From positions 1,163,736 through 1,227,735 of the forward strand of contig NMRA01000055.1 in NCBI GenBank assembly GCA_002633005.1: DNA of 64,000 nt. The letters are read 5' to 3'. The notes below the pieces were generated by a model. It worked only from the letters and a program-made list of their open reading frames with translations, was not told the origin of the DNA and did no database searches. The DNA is from Phoronis australis. Its lineage: Eukaryota > Animalia > Phoronida. How positions within the stretch are numbered: position 1 is the stretch's first letter; every line of letters begins with the position of its first letter. Position numbers and translations under genes: made by a program. Shown in pieces: positions 1-27,000 of the stretch.

Positions 1-13853
<13,853 letters not shown>

Positions 13854-13890
13854 CTCTAGATTCCTTTGGTATTCCACAAAGTGTATACCT

Positions 13891-13952
13891 GTTGCTATGG
13901 ATACCAGTTACTAAGGGCACCAGTTGCTAAGGTTACCAGTTGCAATGGATTG
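13891..13952. promoter_or_regulatory. Array of four X-box (RFX)-like motifs at 16-bp period
   Basis: GTTGCTATGGATAC (13891), GTTACTAAGGGCAC (13907), GTTGCTAAGGTTAC (13923) and GTTGCAATGGATTG (13939), each separated by CA. Confidence 0.6.
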
Positions 13953-16601
13953 TCTTGATGATGAAAAGCGACTGACTGGAAAAGAAAAATTTAAATTCCA
14001 CATCAATCATATGTTATGATCCAATGAGGTCACTGATTTGTAGGGTTGGCATAGTTACCGACTGGCCAGTTTTTAGAACTGCGTCTCACGTCTCGTCACA
14101 GTACCAAAATATCCCATCAGAGTATCCCACTTGACAAACATGACAGTATTTACATACCTGTAGTTACGCACTGGTACGGTATGTACGTGTTCAGGCATGG
14201 CTGCTAATGTTCACGATTATCCAAACAAAATTCCCAAATAATTTCCTGTTTCATTTTCAAGGTATGACTGATAAAAAATGCTGGCAGTCTAATGTCTCAG
14301 GGTTTTGCAGCAGACATTTTCCCTAATGCGATACCAGATATATCCTGCCTTTTCATTCATTTCAATGTTGGTGACTGTGTTTAATGCAACAGTGCTTCAT
14401 GCCATTTCGTTTCTTAATCTGTGTGAAACATCATGAACAAAATCACCAATTGTTGATTTGGACATTGCCCGACTGAAAGTAGCGAGGGGAAAACAAAAAT
14501 ACCAACATTATTATTAACTGAGCTGCATCGATTCAGACAGAGACAATAATTCATCATTAATGATGATCAAAAATTACTTTTTACAGTGTGTGAGCTCAAG
14601 ATATATTTACTTAATGCTACCAGGGCTTGAATTGGTGACCTTATGGTTGATTAACAACCTCAAATTTTTTTGGCAACCTTGTCTTATCTCAAGTCACCAC
14701 GAAGTCACCACACACACAAACATCCACGGACATGTAGGATGTAAGCAGACAGGAGTCGCAATTGTTTGGCAAAAAATTAATGGCCCGTTTATGAATAAGG
14801 TACTGTACAGGTACATGTAATGTGTGCCAATCGTTTGCTCCAGCCTCAGCAAGTGAGCCTGCATGGGAAATTGTCAGTGATTAGTTCTTTTGTACAAATT
14901 ACTGCAAAACTTATTCCCTTATCAATATGTATATGATACAACCAAGTGTAAAGCTATCACACTTTATATCTGGTTATGATTCAAATCACCACTGTGACAG
15001 TCATTTTTCATCAAACATGGCCAGCCCCGATATTAAACTTAATGCACTATTTCTGTGAACATTTTAAATAGATGGAGATTATCCAACAATTTCCTGGCCT
15101 ATAAAATATTTTTGGTGAGAACGCTGCTACTACATGTGCATCACACACTCTCGATGTCAAAGTCTACATCATGTTATCACGATTATACTCTCAACAACAA
15201 ACGAAACAGAAGTACTCAATAAATGAAAACAGGATGACAAATATTACCTCTGATCACATTTGTGTCCGTATTTTCCAGGTAGAATTTTTGACTCACAACT
15301 TTGTGAGATAGGGACCATGCACCGTATCACCACCTCGGAAATTTAGTATTTCATCATGTAATGCTCAGGTTTAAATTTGTTATCACTGTTATCTTATCAG
15401 GTAGAGGGCAACAGCATCTACATGTAGTTGTTGAAAGTGATAACAGAAATGCTGACTGCCCACATGTGTGTGAATGTATCTGCCCATGATGCATTATATT
15501 GGGTGAAAGTCTCCGATGTCAAGGGATATCATCGGCAATTCAGTACAAACAAAAATCAAAATTGTGACTATAATAACATTTTTGGTGTCATCTGAAAGCC
15601 CAGTCTCTCAAGTTTTAGCGGTCACATTTGAATTTCAGGACTATAAATTTCGATTTTTTCCTAAACGGACACTGAAATTTGAGTATTCTGCATTTATTTC
15701 ATATCTTAGCCGCACAACAAACAATTTAATACCAGAAATTCAGAGTGTACATCCATCACGTACATCTGTCACAATAACACATCTCGCACAGAGTTGTCTT
15801 AGAACAAAAATTTATTGGAAGATATCATCAAATAACAGTACGTTGTATGGAACTCACTGAAAATTAATGTTAAAAAATCTGCGTACTTCTGTCACATGTC
15901 ACACTCCCTTAAAGGCAATTTCCTCAGTCAGACAAAAAGATAGGAGAAAAGTTTATATAGTTTTACATTCTTTTAAGCTATCAATGAGACCTACCAATTG
16001 ATGTATCAATTATTTTGCTAGGATGAAAAATTTTTTAGTATTGGTCAAAATGTTCTCCGTCACAAATGGAATTGCCCATATATAGTTCCTTCTCACAAGT
16101 GTCTTAATGGGAGCTTCTAAGAATACGTTCATCAAGAAATAAGAGAGAGTATTGGTAGTTGTCCTAGCTGACCACAAGTGAACAACCCCACCCCTGCCCC
16201 GATCGAATTTATAACCAACAAAGGCTCACTTACTGAATAAGATGAAAAAGAACCAGAAAAATTACTCCAAGAACCTATAGATGTCCTTTAGAATTAAGAA
16301 CCTTGCAAAATGAACCCAGATTACATGTATACTGCCCAGCACCAGAGCCATAAAATCCCTACAGGGCAACAAATTTAAGCAGTCTTTCAACTGCCATGTA
16401 GTTTACAACACTGAAAAACAATATGAGTGAACAATTATAGTTAAAAGTCAATAACTGCTTGAACAACACAATAACAGGGTCTTCCCCACAAATGGAAATT
16501 CTCTTTCTCTGGGTCATTTCAAGTGATTTTACAAGACACTTGTAAGTACTTGTTCTATCCAGCTGCTTTGAGAACTGACTTCGATTGATCATCCAAAACT
16601 G

Positions 16602-17368
16602 GGTAATTGTTTACAATATGACGACATTGACTTACACATATGATTTTGGTATCGTTCCATTCCTTGCAACGTTTTCTTTCCAGAAATAAACTGAAATTTC
16701 TCCTACCCTGTTCCCTACATATTTTATCGGGAAATTTCTGCTCGCACTATTTCACGGTACTTGGTAGTAAATACCGCCATATTGAATGGAAAGAGTCACC
16801 CGACGGTCATAAAGTGAACTACCGTACTCTACCGACTTCTGCAGATCGTCGCTTTCCATAAGGTCAAATTGACAGAGACCCGTCTGTCCCCTGCCCGGGT
16901 TATGGTCCCAAGGGTTCAGATTCGATCTTATGGTGACTGGTACACATCTGCTAGCAAGAATCCACGAAAAAAGCAGAGGTTGTTTTTGAGGTCCAAATTG
17001 GTGAAAAATGTATCACTTCAGACAATTTCGTGACAAAATGGTCAAATGGTCATAATTCTAAAAAAATGAAAAAGGTGAAATGCTCCTACTTGTTTCTCTA
17101 TATCATGTCGGGAAAACTTTAGCGGGAATCTCGTTCGGGCAAACACCATTCAGAATCGATGATGCTGTTTCATTCGCTGTAATCTTGAGTTGAGTTGACA
17201 TGGCAGTGTCAACCGGGAAATAGTGCGAACCGAAATTCGACGATAAAATACGGAAGAAACGCAGTAGGGGATAGATTCATTTATTTTTGGAAAGATAATG
17301 TTGCAAGGAATCGAACGATACCAAAATCATGTGTGTAGGTTAATGTTGTCATATTGTAAGCAATTACC
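16602..17368. mobile_element. Non-autonomous DNA transposon, Merlin-like
   Basis: Imperfect TIRs of about 70 bp (GGTAATTG...CAATTACC) and a perfect 8-bp TSD CAAAACTG at 16594-16601 and 17369-17376. GGTAA termini with an 8-bp TSD fit Merlin. Confidence 0.75.
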
Positions 17369-18054
17369 CAAAACTGCCAATTACAACTTTCACATTCATT
17401 TTATCAGTCATTTAGGCAAATGACAAAATGAAAGAACTTTTTCAAAAACTCAAGATTAAGTAGTAACGGTACTAAAGCTACTCGACACACCCCCTCATAT
17501 GCCAATAAAATGAACTACCAATCAACTGGGGTTTCTACAAGCAAATGAAACCATGAGAAACTCTACTCACTGTCCGTGATTATGCTGACTACATGTGAAT
17601 TGCTGTGTCATCCGAGACCATAACAAACACAATATATTTACTGTACCACACAGGTACTTGCCACTTCACTGCCCATCATAAAAATCAGCTGACTGCAGTC
17701 GTGATGAGAAAGCACAGTGCTTTTTCCTTTCTCTCATATTTCCATTGTCTACAGAAACTACAGCACAGTTGATGTACATTTCCTTTCTAATGAACACATA
17801 ATTCCATTAGTAAAACGTGTTATGTACCTACCTGAAATATTTGCAATACTTTTTAAGATTAACTTCCTTCAGGTGTATACATTTCTAATTTCCCTTACTC
17901 TACAATAGAGGCGCTTGGTAGAATATTGTAAAGTGCATATTGATTCGCTATTTTACAAAGGAAAGTTTAATCTAGCCAATCACTGAGAGTCTATTATAGA
18001 ATTCATTAAACACGAATACTTACCCAGAAGTCACTGCGTACATTCCAAGCAAAG

Positions 18055-21000
18055 ATGGCGCCTGTTGCGGAGGTAAACTATGAGATAGTTTAGAAAAGTG
18101 TATTTTGTCTCTTCAAACTGTTTACGTGAGAGTAGAAGTTTGAACCGCACAGTACGGAAACAAACGTAATTTTTATTTTTGTTGCAATAACTATTTTAGG
18201 AATATCTATTCTCATATTTTACCGGATTGTTTGGTGATGGTTACTAAGAAAAAAAGTCTCGTTTATAAATACAGACGAATATTCGGAATATAGTTACAGT
18301 ATACACTGAATCAGATCTCATCCACAGCAAATGTCCGTACAAATTTTAAGATGTGCCTGTCTTGTTCATCTATCTGTGTCAAGCGCATATTGCGCAAAGT
18401 CTCACGAATCTCGTTTTCTTCCACAAATAAGGAAATATCCTTCTCTAATCTCTATCTTTTTCAATCTATTTACAACATACTTGGGTCGCCTGGTGAACAG
18501 GATTTTTTCGTTCTTATCGTACACAAGTGTTTACGATCTTCTAAAGAGTCATGGCATTCTTTTTCTTTGGTTCAATGCTTGCCAATGACTTAAACTTCGT
18601 TGAGATTCCAGTGACAACGGCATACTGTTTCGGCGACTGAAACTCAGCAGCCGTGTTATACTTCAGGGGCCTCATCAGGAAGCACTATCAAAAATTCTTC
18701 TCAAGTCAATAAATCATATCTTATCTGAGTGAGGAACAAGGTGAGCTGGTTTTATTTGGCAGGAGTTCTGAATCATTTGTTAATGGGCGGTGCAGTACTG
18801 AAAAAAGGAAGGCTAAAGCCTCCTAGCCAGCACCTTGTTACAGGAAGCACATGTTGATTACGCCTTTCAGTGATCTGGTCCCTCAATTTGGCTCTTAATT
18901 ACCGAGATTCAACAGCACTCTGTCTGTAACTCAACTCATAGTAAAGTCAAGAGTAAACAGGTCCGTCTTCAAAATGGCTACTGGTAAGCATTCTTCCCTG
19001 AAAAACGGACATTTTGTCGCTACTCATGGAAAACTGGTTTGTGGCAGTCACTTTCCAGAGAGACCCATTTACTCCACATTTATGTTTACTGACACTGCCA
19101 TTAGACTCATTTTCGATATCACTTAGTCTTTATTTTACGTTTGTTTACAGACCATGGATGAAAAGGGGTCAAGGAATGCCATTGTATTCAATGCATCGAA
19201 ACGAGAATTATTTACCCTAAGCAGTGGATTCAAAACACTCAACAGAAAACTTCGACAAACATGGAAAGTGGTTGGGTAAGAATTTTATTTGTGTCATTGC
19301 TGCACTACATGTTTATAGCTTTCCTCAGGTTTTAAGTTTTAAAATGTTTTTGTATCTTAGGCGTGTTTGATTCATTTCTTTGTGCCTTGAAGCCGAGATG
19401 TAATGGCAGTAAATGTACTTCTACTGATACACTAGTATTTCTTCTGTTGAGTAATGTATGGATGGTATGAATGGTATAAATACTTTTATTTTCAGCAACA
19501 AGGAAGAGATCAACCAAGAAAAACTGGACCAAACCAGGGTGTTTGTCCTTGGTGGACCACGGGAAAAATTTACAGCATCAGAGGTGAGCATGTTCGTGTT
19601 TGTGTGGTAGATACATTGTACATTCTTCAATAATACCTTTTTGAAATGGATGATGACATCTTTCTTACAAATACTGTAAATCATACATCAATTGGATCCT
19701 ATAGCACAAAGGAATTTTATCTAAGTAATGTCTAATTTAACTTTAATCTTAGGGACCGAGTGCATGAATTTGAACAACCACTACATAAAACGAATGTGAG
19801 GCAGCTCTCTCACAATACACCAGATGGAGTTATTGAGTCATTAGCATATTTATTTATCAATCTTTGTTGCACCTTTATTAATTAGTATTATTATTATCAT
19901 TATCTTCAGAACAGCATTTATGTAATACCCAGATCTGACTAATTTACAAAAAATGACAAAATATTTAGTATTTAAAAACATCATGTCTCTTGGCTCATAA
20001 ATAATTAAAAATGACTGTAAGATTGCTGGTAGTTAGAAACTAAAAGGTTATATGCATTCAAAAGCAATGGGTGTAGCTTCTACTGATTTTAATCATCAGA
20101 GATTGTAATTATGTTTTCCGTTGTACTATAAGTTTATAATTATAATGTGTCTTAATATAACTGGGCAACAATTTTGTTGTTTGATTGCGGTATGAGTGCT
20201 TTGCTATTTCCTTCCACAGTTGGATAGCATAAAGCGTTACCTAGACGATGGTGGGAGTGTCTTGGTGATGATGGGAGAGGGTGGAGAGTCTCGGTTTGAC
20301 ACCAACATCAACTTCCTGCTGGAGGAGTATGGTGTTTTTGTCAACAACGGTGAGTCGTGGCATCTGTTGTTGTTAACTGTCTTCCGTAAATTTTCGATGA
20401 TTTAAGATTATGTAGGATCCAAAAAATGTCAAAATTTGACGACTCCAAAATGTTAGGAAGTGTTTTTGAAATGTTTACTTTTTGACGAGGGACTATCAAA
20501 ACGTTGTCCATTTTTGATCTTTGTGCAAAAATCAAAAGTTGCATAAAACATAAATGAAAGATCAATTTAGTAAACTGCATTTGAAAATTTGTGTCAAACT
20601 TAATTTGGTGGTGTTATTTATAGCAACAGTTGCCAATGATTGTACCTTTCGTTTTAGTTCACCTAGAATACATAGTCATGTGACCCAGTTGATGAGTCAA
20701 GTTTAGAGTCAAGTTTACAGGATTTGTACTTTCATATTTGTAGCTATTTGGCTAAACAAACAGGCTTGTCGACAAAGTCCACAAAACTGCCATTAAACAC
20801 AAAAGTTGTGCCTTTATTTTTGATTCCTTTTTGATGTGGGCTTAATCTTAGTTGACAAAATCAGGTGCTGCTCCATGCCCAAAATTGTGAGATCTTACCG
20901 ACGTGTAAGTCCATTCAGGAACAACTATCGGGTAGCTGGGTAGGCGCAGTAACGTGACATTCAACTATAAAAAACCAACAGAAATAGTTATTGTGGCATA

Positions 21001-24000
21001 AGTTCAACTAAATTTCCAAATAACTCTGACAAGAAGTTTATACGAGATTGGATGTTTGACCGTAATTTTTGTAGTTTATTTTGATAACTCCTGGTTATTT
21101 TTTTGCAAGAAACATTCAACTAAACTGCTAAATAATTCTGATGAGAGATTTATCCAAGTTTATCAGAGTTTGATCGCAATATGTCCAATGTATTTTGAAG
21201 CTGCTTTCGGTATAAAGTGTTTGAAATACATTCAATGAATATTAATTGCCTTCTGTTTTAGATTCTGTGGTGAGGACATCCTACTACAAATATTTCCACC
21301 CCAAGGAGGCACTGGTGTCCAACGGTGTCCTTAACCGTGCCATTAGCCAGGCTGCCAAGAAGTCCTTGGCTTCAATAGAAGACGATGCAAATAACACACA
21401 GTAGGAACTTACACAACATTTTGTCGTGTCCTAATTAACTTGTGCGCATAATATTTTCGATTTGGAAGGGTGAGATGGTTTATCGAATTGCGAAACAGGA
21501 GCGTCCGATTGATAAGCTTAATCCCATTTTGATTTGATTCTTAATTTCAATTTTCGACGTTGTGTGTCTTACAAAGTTAAGGCTTATTATCCTTTCAAGA
21601 GTGCCATTGAGACATTGAATAAATTGACGGCACATGATCATATATTTGTTGGAATATTATCATATTTAATAATTTTGCTCAAGGGCTGACTTGTGAGTGT
21701 CACCATAACATGCTGACACGCTCTCATTTTTCAGAAGAGAAACTTAAAGTGAAAAGAAATAAAAGTTTAACACTTAAGAATCATGGAAAATAATCAAGTT
21801 CCTCCTAAAAGGAATCTGATTGAATTCCTAAACATTTATGTCATCCCATCCTTAGATTGTGGCGGAAAAAGTGATGAATTAAAGATAAATCACTTAAAAA
21901 ATCTAAGACAGATAAGTGATTTTGGACTAGAGCAGATTTATTGTTTTTGGCCTCGCCCTTTTTTAAACTTTTCCATTGCATAAATTGAGATTTGAAACTC
22001 ATATAAAACGTCCTCTTGCCAAACAAGTTGTAACAAAAATGTTTCTTAGCCATCAAGTCAACACTGACCAATGCTGAAAATATTGATACCCTAACTTCGC
22101 TGATTTTTTCGCTTGATATAGGCATCTTTTGAATACCCTTAATGGATTAAAGCAGTTTTACATTATTCAATTGAAATTTTAATCAATGTTAATTGATGTT
22201 AATTGTGTTCATGCCTTTTGTAGGGCTCTCACCTTTCTTTATCCATTCGGTGCAACATTAAATGTAATGAAGCCGGCACATGCTGTGTTGTCTTCAGGAA
22301 GTGTGTCCTTCCCACTCAACAGACCTGTGTGTGCACTCATGTCAAAGGTCAGTGGTAGACTCTTCTTGTAAATCTGCGAAAAGAAACTAATGGTCATTGT
22401 AGTAGCTGATTTAAGAGCTACCACAAATAGTGAATTACTTTTGGACTGTTAGCTTTATGCTGCGTTGAAGATGCATCAGGCATGCTGATTGTGCACTTAT
22501 CCGAAAAAGTTGTCAAGACTGGATGTCTGTCACTATCTGTTTTCATGTAATCACAGTAGATTTCAAAAAGGCGACCTTATATATTAGTATATTATGTTTG
22601 TGCAGTACAGTTTCCTAAGACTGTTTCATTGTAAATTTTGCAGTCAATGTGAAGAGTCTGTAATTGTATTCTCAACTTGCTGTTTCAGGCTTCAGGTGGT
22701 AAACTTGGCGTCATTGGATCGTGCCACATGTTCAGTGATCAGTATATTGAAAAAGAAGAGAACAGCAAAATATTTGTGAGTCCTTGTTACATGTGAATGA
22801 ATGTCGTTTTAAACTGTGCGTTGATTAAAATCAAACTCTGGGAACAGATGTTGAGTTATTTCATTTTGAAATGCATCGCTATCTAATCCTTTTTCTTATT
22901 GGATACCATGATTGTTTTGTTTGTCATGAACATATCACACCCAAATGTCATTTTTGGTATGCTCTTAACTCTGTGGGTGCATTGGAATTGTTAACTCTGC
23001 ATTGCATAAAGATCTCTAAAGTGAGCCACATGCTCCAGGCCTCATGGGCAAGTTGACCCAAAGCTATCGGCCTGTCCTGAGTTAGCACGGCACCCACAAT
23101 GCAAATGTGCGTCAAACTTTTGTATGTCTGCTTATTCTATTTCAAATGTCAGTGCTGGATACACAGTGTGTTGCTCTTCCTTTGATAATCAACTGAGTAA
23201 TCCCTGGCAATTTGAAAAATAAAATTGGTTGACTTTTATAATGCATGATGCAATTCAATTTCTTTGCAGGACGTTCTGATGCAATTCCTGACAACGGATG
23301 AAGTCCGCCTGAATGTTATAGACGCTGAGGCCCCAGAGGTATGCAGTGGAGTGAATTAGCTTCTAGGGTTTCAGTTCCTGTAATTTCTATCTTTTCCATA
23401 CTGTTGAAGCTGCACTTCTTGGTCATTATAGCCAAAGCGAAATTTTTAATGCAGCTGAATTTTCAGAATTTTAGACAAAATAAACAGCTTTCACTGTGTA
23501 GTGCCCTGGAAAAGTAATTAATGCTCTGATTTCTCTTTGGTTTCCTTCTGGTTTTTGGCTTTAACTTTAATGAAGTAAGTCGAATTTTGGCTACAGAACC
23601 AGACTTATTTCAAATTGACACCATTAGTAGTTATTATAATGGGAAGTTGCCACGAGAGTCATAGGCTCCGATCTGAACTTTTAATTAGCCACGGTATTCC
23701 AAGTGATTCAATATTCAATGGGAACAGTACTGTTGTAGTCATTATTGACCAGAAAGACTTCTGACAACAGAATCCATCAAACACTGCCAAACTTTTAGGT
23801 GCTTTGTGCCAGAACTGTCCTACTTATGAGATGGAAGCTCATCCTTACTTCAGCATAGTTGTCGAATTTTGACAAGCTATTCAGTTGGTTTTATTGTGCC
23901 TAGCTGCCTTTTGTTTTAATCAGACACTGCTAATCAGTCAATTTCCTGTAAATAGCCAGGTGCAACCGATGCTTTTAAAAAGTTTACATGGTTCTGTCAT

Positions 24001-27000
24001 AATGAGACTGAATCACATTCTTTTTGTCACACCTCAAATTTATGGTAAGGTAATTTTTCTGGCCTATTTTGGACGCTTGTTGTGTATTACGGTTTCACGC
24101 TGCAAAATTGTCGTTGACCTTGCAGATCGCCGACTACAACATGCTGCCGGACGTCACCAAATTGTCGGAGCAGGTGAAGACTTGTCTGCAGGAGAGTGAC
24201 GACATCCCACGTGACTTCACTAAGCTCTTTGACTCATCTTTGTACAAACTGGACACCAGCATGGTTCCTAAAGCTTTGAAGTGAGCAGTGGGACTTTTTT
24301 CCTTTGTATAGTGATTACCTGAGTGAGGTTTTGTTATGCAGGACTCTTCTGATAAGAATGCTTGCTCCATGATGTCAAAATGTTACTATGGCTATGTCCT
24401 CTAATCACTGTAGCAAGCAACAAAATTCGTGACATGGTTGGGTCAACGATAACTCATCAATTGATTCACTGAATTAGATTGATCATTGCATAGTGTCAAG
24501 TGCAAAGTGTAACGATGACTTTGTCTTATGGGACTCCTTTGTTTTCAGAGCATATGAGCAACTGGCTGTGCCCCATGAGACACTTGGACTCATCAACCCG
24601 CAATTTGAAACACCCCTGCCACCTCTACAGCCAGCGGTTTGTGGGCTTTTCTGTTTGTCACGATTATAGTCCCATGAAATCTTTTATTCCTGTACCCTGT
24701 TCGTTAAATATACAATGAATGAGTATGATATAAGACCTCAAATGAAACCGGTGCCTCTATTTCTTCGGGCATCATTGGCTAAAAAGCTGCAGCTTGTTGA
24801 AAAGCAAGTTTATTGCTTTTTTCAATTAACAATAATTCACAATATTTCTGTCTGTCCGCACTGTGAGTCATGCTCTCCTTTCAATGTCTAATCAGACAGT
24901 TGGATCAAATTTGGACTTTATGCATTAAAATTTTTTAAGCCTATTGTGAATGGATTTTTGTTATTTTGGATTGTATTGGGCTACCCTGATAGCCAGGGTA
25001 ATGCTTTAGCAACATGAGAAAACACTGTCGTCTGTAAGTTTAAAATGTGTGCTTTAGGCTTGTAAAATGATTAGTGAAGTATCCTTTTTGAGTCATAATG
25101 CATCATCGTGAAGCACAGAATGAAGAATGAAATGCCAAAAGTAGTTGTATGATGTCTGGATAGAACGCCGTATCTGGGTTTTTGCAGTGACGTAGTAGGC
25201 AAAATTGAAGCACCAAGGGCCCTGCCATTGAACACAGCCTGAGTTGGAGTTTACTTTTATGAATATGGTAATTCCATTGGGTCCTTGGATATGATTTGTT
25301 AACATAAGTCACACCAAGGTTACAGAGTAAATACTTTAAGAGTTTTCTTTTTATTGTTGTGTATGTTACACTGTCTCATCTGTCAATCGTGTCCCCTTTG
25401 CAGGTGTTTCCACCTACGTTTCGAGAGTTACCTCCCCCGTCTCTAGATCTTTTTGACCTGGATGAGCAGTTCTCTTCAGAAAAGGCGAGACTGGCACAGA
25501 TCACAAACAAGTGTAAGTATTTTGTCTGAAGATGTGTTTTGGGCTCGAATGTTTGCCCAAAAGATTTGATCTGGGGGATGGGGGGTCTTATGGACTTGTG
25601 TAGTTCCTCGATCTGGTATCTGAGGTTCTGGAATTTATTTTGGTTTGCCTTACCATTAAAATAAAGTGCCCGTCTATAAATGCCTGGTATTAGAATTTTT
25701 TAATTCAAATAGCTACATAGTTCAGTTTTGAATGCATTGATGGACAATAATAAAATTTGATATTAACGAAATGCAAAAATTTAATTGGACCCGTCCAATA
25801 GACGCGTTGTTCTTGAATGTCTGTTTTTTTTTGGAATACTGATGCAAAAGCCTAGAAATAGACCAAGCTTTGTCATTGATTGCTAGTAAGACAAACTACT
25901 GGGATTTTGTTGTTCAGGTGGTGACGATGACTTGGAGTACTACATTCGAGAGTGTGGCGACATACTGGGTGTTACAAACAAACTGCCTAAGGATGCACGT
26001 GACGGCCGGCACATCCTGGAGCACATATTTGCCCACGTCGTGGAATTCAAGAAACTCAACCAGGTAACTGGAGCAACCTAGTAGAATCTCAAAAGTTATA
26101 TCTAGGTTTTCTATACTCATGGAATCTCAAAAACCCAATGCATGTCTGGTTTGTTGGTAATTAGTTATTAAGAAAAAACTGAAAAGTAGTATCACTTTTT
26201 TTCTGAGATGAATGGTGATGTATTTTTAATTGGTAGTTTGCTAGAAGCAATTATTATAGGGTCTCATTCTGATGCGCTGCATTTCCATAGCGAATTTGTG
26301 CAGTTAAATTTAGGACTTGATTTGCAATTCTGCTTTTAAGGTGCACGTGAGGCGAAGTTTTTGTTTTGGTTAAAGCATAAGGCTATAATTATATACATAA
26401 TATTTGCTTTCTAATATTTGGAGTTTGTGACAGCTATTGGTGACTTTCTCATCTGACAAATCCTTTTTGAACATTTTGGACAAGAGAATGTTTTTTCAGT
26501 CAGATAACCACCATGTTTCTCTTGAATGTAATGCATCGTATGAATGTTCTTGCAACCAATGCCTTTGTAGTAATCAGGGACCAAGCTTTGAAGGTATAGG
26601 TGACAATCGTGTGCAAAATTTCAACTAGCTTTTTCTTCAAATCTCAGTTACCTTTTCCTCATTGGTGTATTAGTAAGCTCTGAAATATTGTTTGTTTCTA
26701 CAGATTGATGGTTTCTTTTAATTGTGGTTACATTAAACTCCAACTTGAATTCTGTTATGTCTCCTACTCTATGATGTTCAACACCTTCACATTTCCTGGA
26801 ACTCTGTTTCCTGTTTATATTTCTGTGTGAAAGAGGATTTTTGAAAATTAATCTATTTTAACAACTAGAATTATTCAGACAAATTTCTGGTTCCTTGTCA
26901 TGACTGGTACGATGATTAGCCATTTCTGGCTCAATCATACCAGCCATCAATGATTTGCTGACCAGTCATTGCTGATAGGATGAGCAGTCATTAGTGGTTC

